Origin: an uncultured bacterium
GTDB lineage: Bacteria > Verrucomicrobiota > Kiritimatiellia > RFP12 > UBA1067
Direction: 5' to 3'
Assembly (NCBI GenBank): GCA_902802945.1
Contig: CADCOC010000030.1
Location: forward strand, 2,533 to 66,532
Length of the DNA stretch: 64,000 nucleotides
Part shown: piece by piece, positions 45,120 to 53,647 of the stretch
Layout: each line of letters begins with the position of its first letter
Numbering within the stretch: the stretch's first letter is position 1
The notes under the pieces: generated by a model
Database searches by the model: none
Seen by the model: only the letters and a program-made list of their open reading frames with translations
Told to the model about the DNA's origin: nothing
Position numbers and translations under genes: made by a program

Positions 45120-45149
45120 TGGACAAACCGCACCGCGTTTTTGTAAAAT
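45120..45149 (+). promoter_or_regulatory. Candidate sigma70-like promoter (TGGACA-N18-TAAAAT) for the ABC operon
   Basis: Read directly from the sequence. It lies about 80 nt upstream of ATG 45228. Confidence 0.3.
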
Positions 45150-45227
45150 ATGCGCCACTTTTCCGGGACGGGTGTGCCCCGACACCGGGGAAGAGACATT
45201 TCTGTAAGGACAAACAAGAGGAAAAAC

Positions 45228-45953
45228 ATGCTCAAGGTTGACAACCTGAAGAAGCGCTTCGGCGATTTCGAGGCGGTGAAGGGAATTTCCTTTGCCGTCG
45301 AGAAAGGCGAGGTGCTAGGCTTCCTGGGCCCGAACGGCGCGGGAAAATCAACAACGATGCGGATGATCACGGGCTTTATCCCGCCCACGTCCGGCACGGC
45401 CTCGATCTGTGGCCATGACATCATCAAGGACCCGATCGCCGCGAAGGCGTGTCTCGGTTACCTGCCCGAGAACGCGCCCAGCTACCGCGCGATGACGGTG
45501 ACGGAGTTCCTCACCTTCGTCGCGCGCATCCGCGGCTTCCATGGAAAGGCCGCGCGCGCGAAGGTCGATGCGGCCCTCGAAAAGGCGCGCCTCACGAACG
45601 TCGCGCGCCAGACGATCGACACCCTCTCCAAGGGATACCGCCAGCGCACGTGCTTCGCGCAGGCCATCCTGCACGACCCGCAGGTGCTCATCATGGACGA
45701 GCCCACCGACGGACTCGACCCCAACCAGAAGTTCGTCGTACGCGAGATGATCAAGGAAATGGCCGCCGAAAAGGCGATCATCATCTCCACCCACATCCTA
45801 GAGGAAGTGGACGCGGTGTGTACGCGCGCGCTCATCATCGCCCAGGGCGAGATCAAGGCCGACGGCACGCCGGACGAACTCCGCGCGAAGGATCCGAGCG
45901 GAAAGCTCGACGTCGTCTTCCACAACCTCACGATGGGAAAGGAGGGTAACTGA
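45228..45953 (+). CDS. ABC transporter ATP-binding protein (GldA-like)
   Basis: GPNGAGKSTT, LSKGYRQR, LIMDEPTDGLD. I chose the start at ATG 45228 (MLKVDNLKKRFG). Confidence 0.85.
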   Translation: MLKVDNLKKRFGDFEAVKGISFAVEKGEVLGFLGPNGAGKSTTMRMITGFIPPTSGTASICGHDIIKDPIAAKACLGYLPENAPSYRAMTVTEFLTFVARIRGFHGKAARAKVDAALEKARLTNVARQTIDTLSKGYRQRTCFAQAILHDPQVLIMDEPTDGLDPNQKFVVREMIKEMAAEKAIIISTHILEEVDAVCTRALIIAQGEIKADGTPDELRAKDPSGKLDVVFHNLTMGKEGN

Positions 45954-45955
45954 TC

Positions 45956-46699
45956 ATGTGCCCCTGCAAAACGCTGTCTGTATTCCGGCGCGAGTTCAAG
46001 AGCTACTTCGACTCGCCCGTCGCCTACGTGTTCCTCGTGGCCTTCCTGGTCCTCGTGGGATTCCTCACGTTCGGCTTCTCAAGCTACTATGAGCGCGGAC
46101 AGGCCGTCCTCACGCCCTTCTTCATCTGGCATCCGTGGGTGTACCTCCTGCTCGTGCCGGCCGCGACGATGGGCCTGTGGGCGGAGGAACGCCGCAACGG
46201 GACGATCGAGCTGCTGCTCACGATGCCCATCACGCTCACCGAGGCGCTGCTGGGCAAGTTCCTCGCCGCATGGACGTTCATCGGAGTGGGACTTGCGCTG
46301 ACGTTCCCGATCCTGATCACCACCTCATACCTCGGCAACCCGGACTGGGGCGCGGTGATCTGCGGCTACGTGGGGAGCTTCTTCCTCGCCGGCGCCGCCA
46401 CGGCGATCGGCGTGTTCGCCTCGTCGCTCTCGCGCAGCCAGGTGATCGGCTTCGTGGTGGCACTCGCGATCCTGTTCACGCTGCTGATCATCGGATTCGA
46501 CCCGGTGCTGGGCGCTATAGCCGGATGGGGCGTGCCGACCTACGTGACCGACGCCCTGTCGTCCTGCTCACTCCTCAAGCACTACATGTCACTCGGCCGC
46601 GGCGTGCTGGACTTCGCCGACGTCGGCTACTACGTCGGCATGATCGTGTTCATGCTCGCCGCCGCGCAGTACGTCACAGACTGCCGCAAGGCCTCGTAA
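45956..46699 (+). CDS. ABC-2 type permease (GldF-like)
   Basis: FRREFKSYFDSPVAYVFL plus six hydrophobic segments. GGAGGG SD is present. Confidence 0.8.
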   Translation: MCPCKTLSVFRREFKSYFDSPVAYVFLVAFLVLVGFLTFGFSSYYERGQAVLTPFFIWHPWVYLLLVPAATMGLWAEERRNGTIELLLTMPITLTEALLGKFLAAWTFIGVGLALTFPILITTSYLGNPDWGAVICGYVGSFFLAGAATAIGVFASSLSRSQVIGFVVALAILFTLLIIGFDPVLGAIAGWGVPTYVTDALSSCSLLKHYMSLGRGVLDFADVGYYVGMIVFMLAAAQYVTDCRKAS

Positions 46700-46715
46700 G
46701 AAAGGATTTACTGAG

Positions 46716-48593
46716 ATGAAGAACAAGAAAGTCTTCGGCCTCGCCGTGCTCGCAATGATCCTCGTGATCGTGGGCGCCGCGAACTACATCCTCTCCGCGC
46801 TCTCCGCGCGCGTGGACCTCACCGCCGAGCAGCTCTACACGCTCTCGCCCGGTTCCAAGGCTGCCCTCGCCAAGCTCGACCAGAAGGTCACGCTGAAGTT
46901 CTTCTTCAGCGAAAGCGCCAAGGACATGCCCCCCTCTCTCAAGACCTACGCAGAGCAGGTGCGCGACCTCCTCGGGGAGTACGAGCGCGCCGGCAACGGC
47001 AACGTGGTCATCGAGACCTACGACCCGAAACAGGACTCCGACGAGGAGGAATGGGCCGTCAAGTACGGCATCGAGCCGCAGCAGGCGAACCCCTTCGGCG
47101 CGCCGATCTACTTCGGCCTCGTCGTCACGTGCGGCACGCAGGAGCAGACCATCCCCGGCTTCGACCCGCGCATGGAGTCGACGCTTGAGTACGAGATCAC
47201 GCGCCACATCACCCGCGCCGTATGGCCGGAGCGCCCCGTCGTGGGCGTGCTCTCGTCCATCCCCGGCGTGCTGGGCGAGCAGATGAACCCGATGATGATG
47301 CAGATGCGTCAGCGTCCCTCGCGCGGCTGGGTGGCGTTCTCCGAACTGAAGAAGGACTACGACGTGCGCGAGATCGCGAAGGACGCCGAGTCCATCGACC
47401 CCGACGTGAAGGCGCTCGTCGTCCTTCACCCCAAGGACCTCTCGGAAAAGACGCTCTTCGCCATCGACCAGTTCGTGATCAAGGGCGGACGCCTCATCGC
47501 GTGCGTCGATCCGTTCAGCTTCAAGGACTTCCAGGCGAACGCGCAGCAGCAGAACCCGATGATGCAGCAGATGGGCGGACAGGCCGGTCCCTCCACCCTC
47601 GGCAAGCTCTTCGACACGTGGGGCATCTCCTTCGACACGAAGAAGTGCGTCGCCGACGACAAGGCCGCAGTCCAGATGCGCGGACGCGGCGGCTCCGTCG
47701 TGACCGACGCCACCGTGCTCGACCTCGGCAAGGCGAACTTCGAGAAGGACGTGCTCACCGCGGGAATCTCCCAGATGATATTCCCCTACGCAGGCGCGCT
47801 TTCGTTCAAGCCCACTGACGGACTTGCCTTCACGCCGATCATCTGCACCTCCACCAACAGCGCCTGCCTCGTCGACGCCACATACCTCCAGATGGGCCCC
47901 GAGGCGATCCGCGGCCAGATCAATCCAGACGGCGTGCGCCGCACGCTCGCCGGCCGCCTCACCGGCAAGTTCAAGACCGCGTTCCCGAAGGGACCGGACT
48001 GGACCGAAGGCTCCACCAACGCCGTTCCCAAGGTCGTCGCCGCCAGCGAGAAGGAGAACTCCGTGTTCCTGTTCGCAGACGCCGACTTCCTCTCCGACGA
48101 CGCCTGCGTGCAGGTGGTAGACACGCTCTTCGGCCAGCAGGCCGTCCTACGCGGCGACAACCTCGCCCTCTTCGCGAACATCGTCGAGCAGTTCGCCGGA
48201 CGCGAGGAGCTGATCGGCCTGCGCTCGCGCGGTCCGTCCGACCGCCCGTTCGAGGTCGTGCGCGAACTCCGCGCCGAGGCGGAGAAGAAGTTCCGCGCCA
48301 AGGCCGAGGACCTCCAGAAGAAGTTCAACGAGACGAACAAGAAGCTCAACGACCTTCTCCAGGGCAAGCACGGCAAGGACCGCCAGCTCGTCTCGCGCGA
48401 GCTCGAAAACGCCATCGGCGAGGCCCGCCGCGAAAAGGCGAAGACCCAGAAGGAGCTAAAGAACGTCCGCAAGGAGCTGAACGCCGACATCGAGAACCTC
48501 GGCTTCAAGCTGAAGGTGATCAACATCTGCCTCATGCCGTTGCTGGTTATCCTCTTCGGCATCATCCGCGCCCTTTTCCGTCGCAGACGGTAA
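46716..48593 (+). CDS. GldG-family ABC-transport accessory protein
   Basis: It has an N-terminal TM segment, then RVDLTAEQLYTLSPGSK...VTLKFFFS, a C-terminal coiled coil and a TM segment. Confidence 0.75.
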   Translation: MKNKKVFGLAVLAMILVIVGAANYILSALSARVDLTAEQLYTLSPGSKAALAKLDQKVTLKFFFSESAKDMPPSLKTYAEQVRDLLGEYERAGNGNVVIETYDPKQDSDEEEWAVKYGIEPQQANPFGAPIYFGLVVTCGTQEQTIPGFDPRMESTLEYEITRHITRAVWPERPVVGVLSSIPGVLGEQMNPMMMQMRQRPSRGWVAFSELKKDYDVREIAKDAESIDPDVKALVVLHPKDLSEKTLFAIDQFVIKGGRLIACVDPFSFKDFQANAQQQNPMMQQMGGQAGPSTLGKLFDTWGISFDTKKCVADDKAAVQMRGRGGSVVTDATVLDLGKANFEKDVLTAGISQMIFPYAGALSFKPTDGLAFTPIICTSTNSACLVDATYLQMGPEAIRGQINPDGVRRTLAGRLTGKFKTAFPKGPDWTEGSTNAVPKVVAASEKENSVFLFADADFLSDDACVQVVDTLFGQQAVLRGDNLALFANIVEQFAGREELIGLRSRGPSDRPFEVVRELRAEAEKKFRAKAEDLQKKFNETNKKLNDLLQGKHGKDRQLVSRELENAIGEARREKAKTQKELKNVRKELNADIENLGFKLKVINICLMPLLVILFGIIRALFRRRR

Positions 48594-48635
48594 CGGAGCC
48601 ACGCTGATGATTCAACAATCGCAAAGGAAATAGAC

Positions 48636-49961
48636 ATGAAAAAACTTTTCTTTCTAGTGATCGTCGCCGCAGCGCTTGTCGGAGCGGCATTCCTGCTCAA
48701 GGGCCGTTCGCAAAAGACGCCCAACCTCGTAGGACGCAAGATCCTCCCAGCCTTCAACGTCTCTGACGTTGCCCGCATGGAGATTGGCGGCACGAAACCC
48801 ATCACGCTCTCCTCTGCCGAGGGGACGGGATGGACGGTTGACGCCCTCCACGCCTATCCCGCCGACGCCAACAAGATCAAGGAGGCTCTCTTCAAGTTGA
48901 AGGAGCTCAAGGCCGGACAGCCAGCCTCCGGCATCTCGAACGCCGCCCCCACCACCGTCGTCCTCAAGGACGCCGGTGGCAAGGAGCTTGCGAAGCTCAC
49001 CATGGGCGAGCAGCACCGCAGCGCGCCGCGTGGCGAGATGGCCCAGTTCGGAGGAGGCGGCTACCCCGATGGACGCTACGTGACGCTCGAAGGCACGACC
49101 GTTGTCGTGAACGACGCGCTCAGCGAGTTCGACGGCGACCCCAAGAAATGGGTCGACACGAAGATCGGCGGAATCACCGCGAGCGACGTCACGGCTGTCA
49201 CCTACACTAAAGGCAAGGAGTCCGTCAAGCTCACCCGCAAGAACGGTACGTGGAACCTCGAAGGTCTCGGCCCGAAGGAGGAACTCGATACGTCTAAGAC
49301 GTACTCGCTGGACTCCGCGCTCTCCTACCTGAACTTCTCGGACGTCGTCGATCCGAAGAAGACAGAGGCGGAACTCGGATTCGCCACCGGATCGGTCTAC
49401 ACGGCCACCCTGAAGAACGGCATCACCTACACCGCTAAGATCGGCAACAAGATCGGTTCCGACAACGCGTTCAAGGTGTCCGCCGCCTTCAAGGCAGTCG
49501 GTACAAACGCCACCGAGAACGCAGCCTGCGAGAAGACGGTCAAGGACTTCAACGACAACGTCGGAAAGTGGACGTATACGATCTCGTCCTACTCCGCCGA
49601 GTCGATGTCCAAGACCCGCAAGGACCTTGTAAAGGCCAAGGAAGAACCGAAGAAGGAAGAAGCCAAGCCCGCACCCGCTCCGGCACCGAAACCTGCGGCC
49701 AAACCTGCGGCTAAGCCCGCACCCGCTCCGGCTGCTAAGCCCGCCCCTGCTCCGGCTGCTAAACCCGCTCCTGCGCCTACGGCCAAACCTGCGGCTAAAC
49801 CCGCACCTGCTCCTGCGGCTAAACCCGCACCTGCTCCGGCGGCCAAGCCCGCACCCGCTCCGGCGGCTAAACCCGCCCCTGCGCCTACGGCCAAACCTGC
49901 GGCTAAACCCGCCCCTGCTCCGGCGGCCAAGCCCGCACCCGCTCCGGCGCCGAAGAAATAA
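48636..49961 (+). CDS. DUF4340-like protein with a C-terminal Ala/Pro/Lys repeat tail
   Basis: Its position after the GldG-like gene and its N-terminal TM segment support the call. The tail has about 100 aa of AKPAPAPA repeats. Confidence 0.6.
   Translation: MKKLFFLVIVAAALVGAAFLLKGRSQKTPNLVGRKILPAFNVSDVARMEIGGTKPITLSSAEGTGWTVDALHAYPADANKIKEALFKLKELKAGQPASGISNAAPTTVVLKDAGGKELAKLTMGEQHRSAPRGEMAQFGGGGYPDGRYVTLEGTTVVVNDALSEFDGDPKKWVDTKIGGITASDVTAVTYTKGKESVKLTRKNGTWNLEGLGPKEELDTSKTYSLDSALSYLNFSDVVDPKKTEAELGFATGSVYTATLKNGITYTAKIGNKIGSDNAFKVSAAFKAVGTNATENAACEKTVKDFNDNVGKWTYTISSYSAESMSKTRKDLVKAKEEPKKEEAKPAPAPAPKPAAKPAAKPAPAPAAKPAPAPAAKPAPAPTAKPAAKPAPAPAAKPAPAPAAKPAPAPAAKPAPAPTAKPAAKPAPAPAAKPAPAPAPKK
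49664..49955 (+). repeat. Coding tandem repeat (about 24-nt units encoding AKPAPAPA with AKPA insertions)
   Basis: Read directly from the sequence. Confidence 0.85.
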
Positions 49962-49976
49962 TCCACAAACGGGAGA

Positions 49977-50030
49977 GGCCGCGCTTGTCGCGGCCTAATA
50001 GAGAGCCGCCATCTTGGCGGCTCTTCTTTT
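49977..50030 (+). terminator. Two hairpins after the DUF4340-like gene. The second is a canonical intrinsic terminator.
   Basis: The first hairpin is ggccgcg-cttgt-cgcggcc. The second is agagccgcc-atctt-ggcggctct followed by tctttt. Confidence 0.8.
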
Positions 50031-50062
50031 CGCATTCCCCCCTTTTGGCGTTTGCGATGGGC

Positions 50063-50091
50063 TTGCACATGCAACGGCATTTTACTATACT
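50063..50091 (+). promoter_or_regulatory. Sigma70-like promoter (TTGCAC-N17-TATACT) ending 6 nt before ATG 50098; predicts a leaderless mRNA
   Basis: Read directly from the sequence. There is no SD. Confidence 0.5.
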
Positions 50092-50097
50092 AGTGCC

Positions 50098-51168
50098 ATG
50101 ACATCCTCAGCAAAACCAACAGATCCCACGAAGCGCATGTCGCTCGCTGTCCTAATTGACGCGGACAACATCAGCCCCGTCTCCGCAGGAGCGATTTTCC
50201 GCAAGGCCTGTTCAATCGGAGAACCGATTGCACGGCGCGCATACGGGATGGTCAAGTGTTTCTCTTCCTCCGGCGGCTGGGTGCAGGCCCAGCGGGAATT
50301 CGGTATCGTTGCGCGACCGCAAACCAGCAATGTCGCGCACAAAAACGTTTCCGACATCGCGCTGGTGATTGACGCGATGGAGTTCCTCTACAAAAGCCCT
50401 TGCGAGGGAATCTTCATTGTTTCAAGCGACAGTGACTTCACGGCATTGGCCACCAAGATACGTGAAGGAGGAAAGCTCGTTTACGGAATGGGCAGCGGGA
50501 AAACGCCACAAAGCTTTAGGACAGCCTGTTCAAGGTTTTTTGAGATTCCGCCCGTCCAAAATTCCTCCTCTCCGAAGAAACAGAATGCGCTTTTTGTTGC
50601 ATGCCCACGGTGCGGAGCAAAGTTGACGGCTTCAAAGACGAAGTCAAACCACCCTTGCAGGATCTGCCCGTCGTGCGGTGGAGTGACGTGCAAGGTTTCC
50701 GTTCTCGACAAGGTATTCGCCGCCGACGGGCTGAAGACTCTTCTTGAGACAGCGAAGCAGCACAAGCAACGTGGCTGCATTTGTCCGGACTGCGGGTCTT
50801 CCATGAGTCTGCTGAAAGTGTCATCCGGCAAAACACAGGTTGAAATCGACGTCTGCGGAAATTGCAGCGCGGTATGGTACGACAAAAACGAATTTGAAAC
50901 TCTCGTCCCCAGCGACGGCCTCATCGTTCCGAAAGTCACGTCCGGCAAGGCATACCGTCGCGAGATGGTGCTGACGCTTGCCGCAGATCTGCGGAGCGGG
51001 CATCTCAAGGTCCTCGACACCAAATCGCTTCAGATGGTCATGAAAGTGTCATACCATGTACCGCAAGCAGAAATCTCGCCTATCATCAGCACGCTGACAT
51101 GCCAGAAGGTCATACACACCGACAAGAAGACAGGCCGCATCTCCGTCCTCCCTCAGGCTAATAAATGA
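50098..51168 (+). CDS. NYN-domain (LabA-like) putative ribonuclease fused to zinc ribbons
   Basis: LAVLIDADNISP...GIFIVSSDSDFTALATKIRE is the NYN core. The zinc ribbons are CPRCG...CPSCGG and CPDCGS...CGNCSAVWYDKNEFETL (TFIIB-type). The start follows the terminator. Confidence 0.7.
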   Translation: MTSSAKPTDPTKRMSLAVLIDADNISPVSAGAIFRKACSIGEPIARRAYGMVKCFSSSGGWVQAQREFGIVARPQTSNVAHKNVSDIALVIDAMEFLYKSPCEGIFIVSSDSDFTALATKIREGGKLVYGMGSGKTPQSFRTACSRFFEIPPVQNSSSPKKQNALFVACPRCGAKLTASKTKSNHPCRICPSCGGVTCKVSVLDKVFAADGLKTLLETAKQHKQRGCICPDCGSSMSLLKVSSGKTQVEIDVCGNCSAVWYDKNEFETLVPSDGLIVPKVTSGKAYRREMVLTLAADLRSGHLKVLDTKSLQMVMKVSYHVPQAEISPIISTLTCQKVIHTDKKTGRISVLPQANK

Positions 51169-51182
51169 GGTTTGCCCTGCCC

Positions 51183-51956
51183 TTATACAAGCGCCGCCGT
51201 GGCGAGGACGACGCCGTCTGACTGGCGACGGATAGCGTGGAGGGTCTTGTCTTCGGCAACGCAAAACTCCGACGCAAGGCTTTCACCCGCCTTCGCCGCC
51301 TGCCGGAATACGATATCCATTTCCATTGGTAGGGCGGTCGCCCCGCGACCGCCGCATTTTACACTTTCCACTTTACACTTTCCACATTCCAACATCCACT
51401 CCACGTAATGCACGTTGTTCACATGGTCGTTGAAGTCGAGGTCGCTGTGGCGCGTGAGTATCTCAACGCTTCCATCTACGGACGGTAGGCGCACGAACTT
51501 GCCGCCGATGTCAGGTAATTCGAAATCGGGCGTTCCCGTCGGCACGAGGTCCGCAAACGTTTCAGGCAGCTTCGCGATCTTCTGCGCAGCCATATCGACG
51601 TACAGCCATTCGGATGACGCGCGAAAAAGTTCCGCACCCTTCTCGTCTAACCCCAGAAAACAGCGCTTGGCGATGAGTCGTCCCTTCACGCCGCTCGGCC
51701 AAGTCCGCACCGTGATCGTCTCGCCCCACGGCACGTAGCGCTGCACGCTCACCCGCAGACGCGAGAGCATCCATGTGAGCCCTTCACTCTGAAGGGCCTG
51801 GATGCCCCAGCCGAGACGCGCCGCGCTGATTCCCGCCGCCTCCTGCATGTAGTTGCACAGCGTCGGCAACGTAACGTGGTTCGTAATGCCAGCCTCGTAC
51901 GACCGCACCGTAAAAGCCACGTCCGACGCATTTGCGATTTGTCCATTCATTTCCAT
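51183..51956 (-). CDS. Acyl-ACP thioesterase
   Basis: VRSYEAG, LCNYMQEAA, WMLSRLRV, and DLDFNDHVNNVHYVEW from the second hotdog fold. It contains an in-frame REP plus heptad insertion. Confidence 0.75.
   Translation of the reverse strand: MEMNGQIANASDVAFTVRSYEAGITNHVTLPTLCNYMQEAAGISAARLGWGIQALQSEGLTWMLSRLRVSVQRYVPWGETITVRTWPSGVKGRLIAKRCFLGLDEKGAELFRASSEWLYVDMAAQKIAKLPETFADLVPTGTPDFELPDIGGKFVRLPSVDGSVEILTRHSDLDFNDHVNNVHYVEWMLECGKCKVESVKCGGRGATALPMEMDIVFRQAAKAGESLASEFCVAEDKTLHAIRRQSDGVVLATAALV
51330..51405. repeat. REP-like hairpin (GGTAGGGCGG...CCGCC) fused to a TTTNCAC heptad array, inside the thioesterase CDS
   Basis: ggtagggcggtcgccccgcgaccgcc is followed by tttacac tttccac tttacac tttccac and degenerate units. 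It is translated as ECGKCKVESVKCGGRGATALP. Confidence 0.8.
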
Positions 51957-52663
51957 TCCTCAATCACCTCCCAATGTCCGCCCTTGTCCGGTCCCACGCG
52001 ACGGAGCCGTCCGGTTCTGCCAGTGTCAGATGGTAGGGCGGCGTCGATGACGCCGCCGTCCGCGCGACTAAAAGCGATTGAATACGGCCAGTCGGCGGGG
52101 GCAACGCACAGGCTCTTGCGGACGGGGTTGCCTAGGATGTAGTCGTATTCCTCGGCGAAGTGCGCGTCGTCGCGAAGACGCGTGTCAAAGAAATCGCGTT
52201 GGAAGCGGATGCCGTGTTTGGTCGAAAGCCATCTCTTAAAATCAGCAATGACGTATTCCATTCCCCGGTAGGGCGGTTTCGACGAAACCGCCGCGTCCGA
52301 TATACCATTCGGGAAACGGGCGATGAAATGGATATGGTCGGGCATAATCAAAAACAACGCCAAGCGCCATTTACCACGAACATGGCGAAAACGTGCAGCA
52401 TCCAATATTTCCATTGCAAACGTCATGAACGGCGTTGACGGCGGTTTCGTCGAAACCGCCCTACCGGCGTCCGTCACGCATTGGCGATCCATTGGCGTCC
52501 CGTGGTAGGGCGGCATCGATGATGCCGCCGCATCCGGCGGTTTCGTCGAAACCGCCCTACCGTAATCGCAACGATCCGCGGCGCATATCGTGATGAAATA
52601 CCACGCCGATGGCATGTCGATTGACATTGGCCCACGATGGTTCAAACGCTTACGTACCGGCAT
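51947..52663 (-). CDS. IS200/COG1943-type Y1 (HUH) transposase, REP-associated (RAYT-like), carrying in-frame REP insertions
   Basis: AWYFITICAADR, the HUH motif LIMPDHIHFI, FQRDFFDTRLRDD, and YDYILGNPVRKSL (the catalytic Tyr region). I prefer the start at ATG 52663 (MPVRKRLNH), because the longer track ORF overlaps the SOD gene. Confidence 0.7.
   Translation of the reverse strand: MPVRKRLNHRGPMSIDMPSAWYFITICAADRCDYGRAVSTKPPDAAASSMPPYHGTPMDRQCVTDAGRAVSTKPPSTPFMTFAMEILDAARFRHVRGKWRLALFLIMPDHIHFIARFPNGISDAAVSSKPPYRGMEYVIADFKRWLSTKHGIRFQRDFFDTRLRDDAHFAEEYDYILGNPVRKSLCVAPADWPYSIAFSRADGGVIDAALPSDTGRTGRLRRVGPDKGGHWEVIEEWK
52032..52561. repeat. Five REP-like hairpins of the GGTAGGGCGG-loop-CCGCC type
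   Basis: Forward copies lie at 52032-52057, 52267-52292 and 52504-52529. Inverted copies lie at 52440-52465 and 52536-52561. The last forward/inverted pair is only 6 nt apart, forming a REPIN-like doublet. Confidence 0.85.
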
Positions 52664-52769
52664 GGTCACGCGTCCCGCGTGACCGCTACCGTCTGTAATG
52701 TCGCCGTTTGGATCCATTTGTCCCAAACTCCCCAGATGTCGATGAAATACCTTTCTGCCCGCGACAAGG

Positions 52770-53474
52770 CTATGCGAAACGACGGGAGGCGGCGTTCCAG
52801 TTGAGATGTCCGCCAACGACCGCCTTGACGTAATCGGCGCGGACGTTCTGCCAGTCGAGGTAGTAGGCGTGCTCCCACACGTCCACCACCAGGAGCGGCT
52901 TTACGCCCGGTCGCGTGATCGGCGTCTCGGCGTTGGGCGTGCTTTCCACGGACACCTTGCCGTTCTCGGCGACAAGCCACCCCCAGCCGCTGCCGAAGCG
53001 CTTGATCGCAACATCCGCAAGCGCGTCCTTGCAAGCGTCAAACGAACCGAACGCCGCGTCAATCGCCGCCTGCAGCTTCGCGGACGGTGCGCCGCCCTTC
53101 CCCGCAGGCACGAGCGAATTCCAGTAGAACGTGTGGTTCCATGTCTGCGCCGCGTTGTTGAAGATGGCCGTGTCTCCGCGTTCGGCCGCAGTGCGGATGA
53201 TTTCCTCTAGCGTACGTCCCTCGTACTGCGTTCCGGCGATGAGTCCGTTCAACGTCTTCACATATCCAGCATGGTGCTTCCCGTAGTGGAACGACACCGT
53301 CCTCGCCGAAATTGTCGGCGCAAGGGCGTCCTCGGCGTAGGGAAGCGCTTCGAGCGTGATTTCCTTCATCTTCTTTTCTCCTTTTGCGGCAATGGCGATC
53401 CCCGACGCGACGGCGCCTGCCGTCACGCCGATGAACCGGCGCCTTGCCATTTTGTTCTGACTTAGCATTTTCAT
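52770..53474 (-). CDS. Fe/Mn superoxide dismutase with a twin-arginine signal peptide
   Basis: ARRRFIGVTAGAVA, FHYGKHH, DVWEHAYYLD. The start ATG 53474 has GGAGGA 6 nt upstream. Confidence 0.85.
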   Translation of the reverse strand: MKMLSQNKMARRRFIGVTAGAVASGIAIAAKGEKKMKEITLEALPYAEDALAPTISARTVSFHYGKHHAGYVKTLNGLIAGTQYEGRTLEEIIRTAAERGDTAIFNNAAQTWNHTFYWNSLVPAGKGGAPSAKLQAAIDAAFGSFDACKDALADVAIKRFGSGWGWLVAENGKVSVESTPNAETPITRPGVKPLLVVDVWEHAYYLDWQNVRADYVKAVVGGHLNWNAASRRFA

Positions 53475-53647
53475 AAAAGATCCTCCGCCGTCGGCAGTGC
53501 CTCCTGCGGTTCTATTCGCCAATCTCGCGACGGCAACAGTATACCACATTTTCCCCTGTTCTGCGGCCACACGGCAGTCACGCAGGGAAATCTAAAAAAA
53601 TTACGATTAAGAGAATTAATGCTAGGAGACGTACCCGATTTGTGGTA

